A stretch of 64,000 nt of DNA from Glaucostegus cemiculus (Eukaryota): assembly GCA_976551045.1 (NCBI GenBank), contig CDPCPM010000014.1, forward strand, positions 38,502,001-38,566,000. Reading direction: 5' to 3'. Position numbers and translations under genes: made by a program. The notes beneath the pieces are model-generated. The model was not told the origin of the DNA, did no database searches, and worked only from the letters and a program-made list of their open reading frames with translations. Position 1 is the first letter of the stretch. Every line of letters starts with the position of its first letter. Below are positions 54,101 to 64,000 of this stretch, piece by piece.

Positions 54101-56439
54101 ATCTGCCTAATGAGGTATTCCAGGGCCAGTTTACTTGCTTTTTTGTGCAATGATTATGACTTGGGTCATTATTCCCTCTAGTAAGAGGCCATGCTGATTT
54201 ACACAAATTTTGCCATCTTGAATTCAGAAGTAAATTCTGCAATGGAAATTATCCTTATTTCAGATTGACTTATTTATGGAAAATCATTTGCTAAATCAAT
54301 TTTAAGAAATCGATTTTTTTCTCTATTTATGGGACATCTCAGGTGATTGCCCCCTTTATCATTTTAGCTGCTTGTTTCCCCTCTGCCACTGATTCCCACT
54401 GTAGAGCTCAACTGTTCTGGCCTTATGTGCACCTGGGTCAACCTTCTTGCAACCTACTTGGATTGAAGCCTGGATTCCATGAGGTGCGTTGAGGAGATTT
54501 AAATCTGTGCAGCATTCCTGTCCACCATCAGTACCCCTCTCAAAACACACCTAGCTCAGAATTTCCCTTTAACTATCACTTGAACTTTGAGCAAGCTGAC
54601 GCTACAAACATTCCTTTCCTTAAACTTGGGCTCAAGTACTGTGGAAGAAATTTCTTCAGCAATGTGAGTTGAATCTTGCCCAGCAGGAAGCCCAGGACTT
54701 GTGATCAATCCTGGACCACTTGGGGTGGCTCATTTTGCAAGTACTCATGCCATAGGTGCCTTTTCCAATGTCTCCTATTTGCATCCGCAGTGTGAGAGAT
54801 TGCTCCCTTACCCTTTGCACTTTTTGAAGAGGCTACTTTTATAAGATGGAGTATTTGTTACCACTAACCCGCATTCCACATCTCCACCCACCCCCAAATT
54901 TTTCTCTTCGATTTCTGCTTCCCCCCCAAGTGTGCATAGGCACAGCAGGTCAGCACCTGAGTTCAAGATAAACCACTATCTGTTTATCCTGAAAGGACAA
55001 GTTCGATGGCAAGGGCTGCTCTGATTGCTCGCCTTTCCAGCTCTTGTATGCGTTTTCAGCACAGTTATTCAATAGCTTGCACCAGACCTTTCCTGAGCAG
55101 AGGGAGCTGCAAAAAGACACAGACGTTTTTTAATGTGTTGCAGCCATTTGATTTAGTGATGTTGCCATTTAATGCTTGAGGTTTGGTTGGTTTTGTGCCA
55201 TTATAGAAACTAATACCAATTCACAGATTAGAGCAGAGTAGCCAGTACTTCCTGTTGTGAGCCATGAGAATGAGGTCATTTAGAAATGTCATCCCAGCAT
55301 GAGGTTAACTGATTTGCGACTCCTAGCTTAGTTCAGTTTAGATTAGGAATTGTGAAACAGGGCTTAAACCAATATCCATAATGGCGATGTGTCAAAATAT
55401 AATGGTTCAATTGTGACATCTAGCAATATTTTTATAGTTTTACATAAGTGATATTATGTAAATAAACAATTGTGGAATTGCTCTAGAAATAGATTGTGGT
55501 GAATGCCCTTCATCATTTAATCCACTGAAACTAATAAATCAAACCAATCGCCCTTTTATGAAATTTGTTGAGTGAAGTCTCTAGGTAATTTCTGTAAATG
55601 TGAAAAAAAAACCCTAAGTTTTGTTGTTACATTTTCAGAGCTGTCTGTTCCTTTATTCATAAATGCAGCTCTTACAGAAGCTCAGACATCCTTGATGATA
55701 TATCCTGTGAGAGATGAGAAGGATCTAGCATGGTCAGTTGTGCTACTGTGAACGGGAACAAGGCTGTGAGCTCTGAGACTGGGTAGTACTAAAGCAGGTC
55801 CCATAATGCATTATTGAGTGTGACTCATGAACTATCTGCAGCTATAGCCATGGGCCACATCATACTTGCCTTTGGCTTTGTCCTCTGTGGGTCAGCAAGC
55901 TCATAACTACACGTCATGATATGGGGATAGTGAACGAGCTGGAGATCAGATGCCATTGTCATCACTGTCTAGGGCTGTTCTGGATCATTCTGAGGCACAG
56001 GGATTCATTATGCTCAGTATATCCAACACAGCCCATTCATAGGAGTGGGCTCACTGATCATTAATAAAGTGAAGGTTATTTTTTTTTCCATTATAATGAA
56101 ATTTTAAAATACTCAAACAATATAATCTTTAATTACATAAATGTAGTGCAGTGGTGTCTAGATGTCTCTGATCATTAGGGATGTTTGGAGATAGTTGTAA
56201 AAACTTTGATGGTTTGAGCTTTCAGAAGGGCATCAGGGTGGTTCAGGGTTTTGCTACCTGAGGCCTAGTCATTAACAGTGGGCAGTTCTACAGCAGTGAA
56301 GCCTCAGTGCTGTGGCTGCAAGAGTCTGACTGTGGGATCAGTCTGCGTCTGACATTGGGTCCAGTTGGGGGACATGATGAAGGCTTGGGTCTGCTTGAGT
56401 ATGATTCAGGCCAATAACTGGTCCAAGGAACATACAGGT

Positions 56440-56522
56440 TTAAACAAAACCAGAATGCTGGCAGGCATCAGTGAGGAGAGGAACATGGTCAACTTATTGA
56501 TCAAGAACTCTTCATCAGAAAT
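56440..56522 (+). repeat. Degenerate arm of the same family
   Basis: aaaccagaatgctggcaggcatcagtgaggagag...ctcttcatcagaa (CTGATGA on the minus strand). Confidence 0.45.
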
Positions 56523-58229
56523 AGGGATTTAAGCATTTTTTCCCCCTTATCAAAATACTTCTCTAAGTTACCATGGAAATAATGTGTTATCAAACTTGAA
56601 TGTTGTTTTATTCTTATATTCTGTTAAAAAATTAATTCTGAGATAAATGAATGCTGTGCAATAAGTCAATTGACCAACTATTTCTTCCCTTGCCTAACTT
56701 TGGGAATTAGGGCATTTAAGAGCAGAAAAGGGTAACAGTTAGCTCATGATCTGATTTACTTCAAATTGGGGTTGAAAGAAAAGCTTACAAGACGGAAACC
56801 AGTGGGCAAAAAAATGGCAAAGATCTCTTCCATATTTCACATTGAGTTCTGAAACTGAATTCCAATGATTTGTGGGTTAACAAAATAACTATGGGCTTTT
56901 ACAGCAAGCCTGTAGCTTTCAATTTGGTTTGTTACTGTCCTTCAACAAAATGGCCCTACCTGCCTTATCCACATTGCCATGAGTCCAGACTCAGTCTGTG
57001 TGTTTAAGTTGTGATGGTCTCGGGACAATAAGGAATAGCTAATAAGTACTCCCCTTGACCATTGCCAATTGAATCTCAAAGTAAGTGGAATTAATAAAGC
57101 TCATTGCGGCTACTCCAGAAATGTATCAATATTATGCGCAATGAATTGCCTGCTATTATGTGAGCACATCATAAACCTTATTTTGCACAAATGAGATGAA
57201 TGGGCACAATGTGACTTTTCTTTGGTCATGTGGGTAGAGGAAGAATTCATCAGACTAACTTCCATTTCTTGAAAAAAAACAAGGGATTTATTTTGTCCAA
57301 CCAAACCAGCTGAATAGAGAACTAGGCTTCACTTGAAGGGTGGTTCAAAGGGTATTCACTTCCTTTCAGCTTTTACAGGCGCTTCATGGATCTGAAGGAA
57401 CAGGAGTGATGTCCTGTGCTTCCTCCTATTCAGCAACCACTCCAGTCCAGAGGTTTTCCACACTTTTGCCAATGCCCTGGCCCCACTTCACCTCTTCTGG
57501 GGACTGTATTTTGGCCCCAGCAGTGGCTTAACCTCCCACCAGTTTTGATACACATATGTTAGCAGTGAGGTCAGTTCTGTTCGGTTTGGGTGGACTTTAA
57601 AGTCATTATGGGTTCTCAGACCTGGTGGTCCTTGTGCTTCAATTATCCTCCTTTCAAATAATATCTTGAATGATAATTATTTTATTTATAGATCAGATGA
57701 GGATAACCCACCCTTCAGCATTGAGGCACAAGTTCCAGCACTAAAATTAGTTGCATTGCATTTGGAGAGAGCAAAAGAAAACAGCATTATTATGCATTAA
57801 TTGCTATCCAATATTGATTATAGTTATAAATGTACACATCAACATTGCACAGTAAAAGGAAACTTTTAAGCTACTTCACGGTTTTTGGTCAAGTTGGTTA
57901 TTTATTAAATTGACTTTTGTTTTATGATCAACAAGAAAAATACAGTCACAGAGCAGATGTTTTTTTTTTAAAGCAGTGTTATTTATACTCATACTTTGTA
58001 GGTTTAGCTTCTGTGCACCCTGCAGTGAGATATTACACGTTAGTTTGTGAGTGGATGAAGAGAAGATACAATGATGTTCATGTCTACAATAGAAAGGGAT
58101 GGCAGGTGCTTTAGAGTCACTGGTATAAATTACTGTAATTATTGCTGCATGTACTCTATACATGTTAACCTTTTACAGTCTATCAGGTGATATGGTGCAT
58201 ATCACATATTGATTTTGGTTTTTGAGTTA

Positions 58230-58370
58230 ATGAAAAAGAAAGACTTGCATTTTTATAGCAGCTTTCATGAGGTCAGGATGTTTCAGAACAGCTGAATAAA
58301 ATTTAAAACATAAACTGACTCTCAAGGTGAAAATCCTGTGTGCAACCATCATTGTGAAAGATCTTGAGAC
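58230..58370 (-). mobile_element. Deu-type SINE 3' tail
   Basis: aaagaaagacttgcatttttatagcagctttcatga is the reverse complement of the 22440-22480 tail. Confidence 0.6.
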
Positions 58371-58779
58371 ATATAGCAGGACAACCAGCATTTTTGAGCA
58401 AAGGCAAGGCTCACGTTTTGGATTGCTTTGCACACCCAATTGTATATTGGACTGGACGAAGAGCAAATTTGTTGAAACCTGGAATATGAAGAGCCCGGAT
58501 GTGTGGAAAGATGATAGGGGGGCATACAGGGATTTTTAGATTTGAGCCAAGGTCTTGAAGTCAATGTGTTTGAGAATGGAGAACCGTGGAATTGAAATGG
58601 ACATGGGCAATCTGTGAATGAGGCAAAATTCAATCAAAAAAAATGAACATTCTTTGAAGAATTACAGCAGCAAATAATTAACTTTGAATAATTGATTGTT
58701 AACTTCCAGTTGTGCGTTTCACTCCTGTTTTTTGTTTGAGCCTGACAGAATTTTCCTATAAATTTGGCCAATACTCAAT

Positions 58780-59145
58780 GGAGTTTAGAAGACTGGGAAA
58801 TGATTTTGAGGAAAAAAAATGCCCAGAATGTGTGTCCTGGGGCTGGGGAATCCAAAATGAGGGGACATCATCTTAGGGTAAGGAGTTGACCATTTAGGAG
58901 TAGGATGTGGAGAATTTTTTTTTCAATGGAGAGGGTTGTAAATCTATGGACTTCTCCACATTTAGGAGACTGTGGATTCTCAGTCATTGAGATGATTCAA
59001 AACTGAGATTGATGGACTTACAGGCACGAAGAGAATCAGAGGTCAAGGCTAGCCCGGAAAGGTGGATTTGAAATGCAGGAACAGGTGTTATCAAATGACA
59101 GAGCAACCTTGATGATATAACTACAGCTTCTCTTTCTTGTGTTAT
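58780..59145 (+). mobile_element. Degenerate CR1 LINE 3' end
   Basis: ggagtttagaagactgggaaatgat...ggggaatccaaatgaggggacat...gagggttgtaaatctatgg...aaactgagattgat. Confidence 0.7.
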
Positions 59146-61004
59146 TATAATCTGTATGATTATATTCAAGAATGATAGGTGTAATCTCTAGATTCAGATG
59201 AGAGTAGGCCATCAGTTTGTATTGTTCACTGCTGCCTTCTTTCAAATTGCAACAAGAGCATTTAATACCTGTGAATACTAATTGGAGATTGTGACATGCA
59301 ACCATGTAATATTACAGCACAGTCAAACTGCCAGTCTGAACAATGTCATTTTCACACCAGTCACAATGCACAGTGGAAACTCTCGCCAACTGAAGCTAGT
59401 TTAAAATTGCCTGTGTGACTTGTATTATTTTTGGCAGATGGCCAGTTACTTGTGTTGAATAAAACCACAGCTTGTATGTGTAGCGGGGGACTTTTGAGTG
59501 GGTTAGGGGTTACTAACTTTCAGTGTGCCAAGAAGGTCGGGATGGAGATGAGTATCAATGCCAACTTTGCTGAACTGTCATGGATACGTGAGGTTTTGAA
59601 CTCTTGCAGTTTTCATAATTGTTATTACCATCCTCATTGTTTGAGCCTGGGAATGGTAATAACAGTCTCCATCTAATTACACCTGTAGTGCAAGCCTCTC
59701 TGGAAACAAGCCAGCTTTCACTGTGTTTCTGACAATACCCAAACAGCTGATGTTGTGTGAAATTCAAATTTGCTCTATCTCGTGGAAGCTCCCACTGGAT
59801 GCTCGACAAGGTGTGTAAACGCTCATGAGTTTCCAAGTGAGAGACAGGTTACCACCAGCTTTATATACATAATAATATTGCCATCAAAATGACTTTGAAC
59901 TCAAAACTGCAAGTTATGAACTTCACACTCATTGTTCCTACTCACTTTGCTAGTTAATAGGGCCCTGGGTAACTTGCAAATTGAATAGAAATAAATTTAT
60001 GTTGCTAAATGCAGGTTTGAACCAAGCTCATGAATTTCCACTGACTCTGGAACTGTTTCACACCTTCTTTTAAAAAGACAATTGTAGCTGTGAAATTATA
60101 ATTGGCTAGTCAGTGATAAATTGGAAGAAATCCTTAAGGTCATGTCCGGCATCGTTAAGCTTTCTAGTGAGAAAGGGAACATAAGATAGCCATAGAGTTC
60201 AGGGTAAAGCTTTCATCAGTTATTATCGTTCAGGGTTATACTCTGTATTGACAGGTTGAGTTCCTTTCTGTGCAAGGTCTGATCTCTCCACTGAGCAAAT
60301 TAATAGGGAACAGAGCCCAACAAAGGCTGATTGATCCATTCTCACATCGGGAGCATTCTTTTAAACACAGCCCACTGTGGCATCATACAAATGGCTAATG
60401 TTTAGTTTAGGAGCTGTTGGGCAAAAACCCTTTGTGGATATTTTTAATCCATGCTTGCTTGCTGTTTGAAAAGATAAGAAACTTAGGTAATTCTAAGTCT
60501 TGATTGTTCAAAAACTATAAGTGATCTCACTGCATTTTATTAACTGTTTTCATCTTGTATTTATAGCTAGGCTAGTTTTGCTTGCTTATATCTCTTTCCG
60601 TCTGTAGCTGGGCCATAACAGAACCATCTCATCCCTTTATATAAGCTTTAATTTTCTCCTTGTACACTTTCTTTTACATCTATGTGCCTTTTCTCATTTC
60701 TGATACCCTCACTCTTTCCTTGCTCAGCCTAGACGTACTGATCCATTGTTTTCTTTCTCTTCAGTGAGGCTCTTGGAAGTTTTTCACTGCTTACAGATGA
60801 ATGAACAGTTTAAAGATAACAGAACACCCTTCAGGTTAAACAGCAATGATTTTTTTGCACAGAGCCAGATTTGCAAAATTTGCATGAAAACTTCTGTGTG
60901 AATAATTACTTTGTTACATTGTATGAAGATATATCTTTTTAATTTTTTAAAAACTGATCCAGTGAAGTAGCCAACGGCTGTGCCTTTTATATAATTGCCA
61001 ACAC

Positions 61005-61155
61005 CAAATTGAAAATGCTGGAAACAAACAGCAGTTTGGGCTGAATGCATAGGAGGAGAGAAGGCAGACTAACATTCAAGGCCATTGATCTTGAGTGTTT
61101 CAGCATTTTCTGTTTTCATTTCAGATTTCCAGCACCCTGCACTATTTTGTTCTTG
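61005..61155. repeat. Palindromic Penelope-associated repeat
   Basis: gaaaatgctggaaaca / tgtttcagcattttc, followed by tttcatttcagatttccagcac. Confidence 0.7.
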
Positions 61156-62677
61156 TTTTAATTGTGAATGTGGGTAGAATGTCTGACCTGACATCCGCCT
61201 GCTGCTCACCAATGCCTGTGGCTACTATGCATGCTGATCAGGAAACCTGAGCCATCCTTGTTGAACTCCTGACTGAGTTTGGCGGGGTGAGCTACTCTGT
61301 GCCCCTCACTGGTCATCAGTGTACGGGAAAGAGCAAATAACTGGCCCTCATCCATGCTGACAATATAATTCCTCTGTTTTATAGCTGATTGACAGTTTTC
61401 AGCCGTGATGGTTTGAGATAGGATGTGGTTTAGTATCTACCATCTGCCTCAAAAAAAGGATACAGCTGGACTTTCCTCGTTCATCCTCCAGAAGGGAGCA
61501 GAAGTACAGAAAATATTTAAGCAAACATTTAGGGACAGCTTCTGATTTCATTTAATTATTTGCCCAGGATGTTCCCGCTTGGTTGGCCGACATTTTAGGC
61601 AAACAATTATGTGAGTGCACAACGTTTACAAAGTTCACTCCCACCACCACTCTCCCATCTCACTTCCACTCCCACTGACCACACAGATTCCCAAGGAATG
61701 GCTTCGGTTGGTCTTGCTCAGCAAAAAGCCCCCTGCCACCTAATGGTCTGGTTGTGCTCGAAATATCGACAGAGCTCTGCTGCTGAATAGTCGGGGCTAT
61801 CCAACAACAGGGGGATTATATCACCAAGCAGTATGGCAAGAGAAGGGCCTTGCTCACTTGTGGGCAGTTGGAAAGTGGCTGCCTTGTCAATTGGCAAGCC
61901 ACTCCACAAATTAGGCCAGGTTCCAAGCTGAAACGTGGGTAAGTACCGGTAGTTAGTCCTGTTGTTGCCTCCTGATGGGTTAAGCAGTGAGTGAGAGATG
62001 TTGACAATATCAGGTCTTGTCTAACCTGCGCCTGTTCTCTTTTACTGGATTTCCTGTGGACAATTAAACAGTCCCTTAGATTTAAGCAACACCTCTTGTT
62101 ACACAGGGTTAGCAGAACCCACAGGAAAGTGGTCATTTCCTGTCAGTAAACACTAACCTCAAGCACTTTACCCTAACAGCAAGTTGTGGTGCTTTCATTT
62201 CGTAATAGAGGCAGCAGCTCTTGGTTGTGTGATCTGGTGGGAGCTTAAAAAAAAACAGTTCTACATATTTTTAAGTGTTTAGATGGTGGGACAAAATCAA
62301 AGCTTAAGAACCAATTTCACCACAGAACCTTTAGCTTCAACTTTGTTTCAAGATAATCAAATTTGTGGTTTAGACCTCAAAGCATTCCAAGTTATCCTTT
62401 CCAAAGCCTCAAATGCCACAGTTTGTAAGTCCTGACATTGAACTGATAAACATTGTTAAGTAATCCCAGTCAATGAACGCACTGTCTTTACCAATGTGCT
62501 GTAAAATTTCACTTTCAACATCTTGAAGCCTTTTCTAAAGCCAAAGCACTTCACTGTCATGTCAGTTGCAATTACTGATCTTAAACACGTTTTAACCTGT
62601 AATAAATTAGAGGGAAAATAAATGCTTTATTTACTTCTGTACAAAATCCTAAAATGGTTTCTAATTACACTTCACAG

Positions 62678-62743
62678 CTTCGGCTATCCCAGATAATGGA
62701 AAGAAGACTTGTTTAAAATTGAAAGTCCTCGTGCGACAATCAA
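62678..62743 (+). CDS. efna5: Ephrin-A5 coding exon 3, 66 nt
   Basis: Acceptor ttacacttcacag|CT and donor TCAA|gtaagt; phase 1-1 and in frame with exon 2. Encodes (S)SAIPDNGKKTCLKLKVLVRQS(N), matching ephrin-A5 [21 protein letters not shown]. Too short for the ORF track. Confidence 0.97.
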
Positions 62744-63089
62744 GTAAGTTTCTGTAGCAGGCTTGCAAGAGTGGCTTTAGTGCATGCTTTATTGTAAGCA
62801 CTGGTAAAACTTTTCTTTCTTATTGTGTATATCCTGTGTGGTATCTGTTCTGTACATAGCATTTTCTGTGTTTTTTTCCATCATATTTTTTTCTTACATT
62901 TCTTCACTGAGCTTTTACGGCAGTTGCTAACTTGTTGTTTCTGAAAGTTTACCATGGTTGAAACAAATGGACAAGTTCAGCAATAAACAACGTGGAACAA
63001 TTTTTTTAAAAAAGAGAAAGAAAAAAAAGCAGGGAAATTAAAAAATGTCACACTAACATATTTGGCTATTATTTCTATTTTTGTTATAG
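62744..63089 (+). other. efna5: efna5 intron 3 (346 nt, GT-AG)
   Basis: gtaagt...ttatag between exons 3 and 4. Confidence 0.95.
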
Positions 63090-63170
63090 ACAGCTGTTCG
63101 AAAACTGTAGGTGTACATGAAAGTGTTTTCGGTGCTAACGACAGAGTAGACAGTTCATTAGAACCAGCAG
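63090..63170 (+). CDS. efna5: Ephrin-A5 coding exon 4, 81 nt (27-codon linker exon, alternatively spliced in mammals)
   Basis: Branch-point-like CACTAAC at 63051-63057, acceptor tttctatttttgttatag|AC, donor GCAG|gttagt; phase 1-1. Encodes (N)SCSKTVGVHESVFGANDRVDSSLEPA, matching ephrin-A5 NSCMKTIGVHDRVFDVNDKVENSLEPA. Confidence 0.97.
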
Positions 63171-63253
63171 GTTAGTATGCTTAGAGAATCTTTTAACCAG
63201 TTCGTCTGTCCCCCACCCCACCCCCTTTTCTTAATTGTCCCTCCTTCACAGTT

Positions 63254-63590
63254 TGCATGCCCTGCATGGGTTCAGTGTTGAAAGCTTGTTCCCCTCTTTC
63301 CCCCTTTTTTGATGACTTTCTTCTCTATTTATTGCAACAAGACAATGCAATAACTCTTGCATGGTGTGCCAGATTTTTATTCTGTGCAGTGCTGGATATT
63401 CTCCTTGATACAAGTGTATTGAGACAGGATATCCAGCAGGTAGAATGCTTTTGCCGTCTTTTAACTGTTATATTGCATTTGCTTCACAGAAAAGAAGCTA
63501 ATACAAAAATTGTTTAATAAGGAAGTTGATCTGTTCAGCATTCCAATAAAACTGACTAACGATCTATGAAAACAAAAGCATGAAACTAAC
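63254..63590 (+). promoter_or_regulatory. Putative intronic splicing-regulatory cluster (RBFOX TGCATG x3, QKI-type ACTAAC x2)
   Basis: TGCATG at 63254, 63263 and 63358; GCATG at 63578; ACTAAC at 63555 and 63585. All lie downstream of exon 4. Function is inferred. Confidence 0.6.
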
Positions 63591-63940
63591 TTTTTTTTTA
63601 TTGGTATGTGGGAGGGAGGTGGGGTGTTCCAAAATTGATTGGGGTTCCAGTTTTCATGCACTCTGAGAAATGTGTCCATGGCAGCTGAAAATATTGTCAC
63701 ATTGTGACATCTGGTCCCTCACTTTGGTCGAATCCAGGCTTCTATCTGCCTGTATCACTGCCTTGAACAGAAATAGATCTGTCTGGAGCATACTTAATGT
63801 GTCTTTGTATTTTTAATGTTGTCCTTTTCATTAAAGTCTGCCACCAACATTTATGTCTCTGAGTATATTCGGTTGCGTTTGCTGTCTGCTGCTGTCAATA
63901 TTTTAGCAACCCTAACATGAAAACAATTTCATTATTTTGA

Positions 63941-64000
63941 GAGACTGAGTGGCACAGTGGATTAGATACGCCTTTCACTTCTGGAATCAGGTTTTGGATT
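63941..64000 (+). mobile_element. 5' head of a tRNA-derived SINE resembling LF-SINE (cut by the window edge)
   Basis: gagactgagtggcacagtgga...gcctttcacttctgg resembles my recollection of the LF-SINE head (ggggactggatggctcagtgga...gcctttcacctctagg). Only 60 nt are visible. Confidence 0.45.

Larger units (their letters stand above)
48535..62677 (+). other. efna5: efna5 intron 2 (14,143 nt, GT-AG)
   Basis: Bounded by the exon 2 donor gtgagt and the exon 3 acceptor cacag. Confidence 0.93.

Noticed and set aside
63086-63093. Tandem acceptor tag-acag at the exon 4 start
   Set aside because: The downstream AG is shifted by 4 nt and would frameshift; the upstream AG gives the conserved 81-nt exon.
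63252-63439. Internal cassette exon using CAG|gtagaa at 63440
   Set aside because: The donor is weak and the 188-nt length breaks the frame into exon 5; the terminal-exon reading is more coherent.
1-64000. CRISPR array, prokaryotic or viral genes, rRNA, efna5 exon 1 or exon 5, or a nested antisense gene
   Set aside because: No regularly spaced repeat-spacer pattern and no long intact ORFs. I found no ADRYAVYWN-like or DTVHESAEPSRG-like coding sequence. Short nested exons or small RNAs could be missed by eye.

Overview
AT-rich vertebrate genomic DNA, almost entirely intronic. The repeat content (V-SINE, Deu-domain SINE, CR1, Rex/Babar-like, Tx1/L1-like and Penelope-associated palindromes) points to a cartilaginous fish, probably a ray; this is inferred from remembered repeat consensuses. 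The window covers the middle of an ephrin-A5 gene (efna5, + strand): the 3' ~48 kb of intron 1, exon 2 (48242-48534, 293 nt), exon 3 (62678-62743, 66 nt), exon 4 (63090-63170, 81 nt) and the start of intron 4. All junctions are GT-AG and the frame is consistent. I did not find exons 1 or 5, which presumably lie outside the window. Most six-frame ORFs are chance or retrotransposon debris, and I see no CRISPR, rRNA, true tRNA or novel multi-gene system. The best lead is just 3' of exon 4: a well-formed 3' splice site 81 nt after the exon-4 donor opens in frame into an 88-codon hydrophobic ORF followed by AATAAA, a candidate alternative terminal exon replacing the GPI-anchor signal. It overlaps a cluster of RBFOX/QKI motifs. 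Other leads are decayed hammerhead-like cores in palindromic repeats, inverted repeats around exon 2, a compact three-way-junction palindrome, a Pbx-Hox/Meis motif cluster and ancient SINE copies. Repeat boundaries are approximate and family names were assigned by eye.
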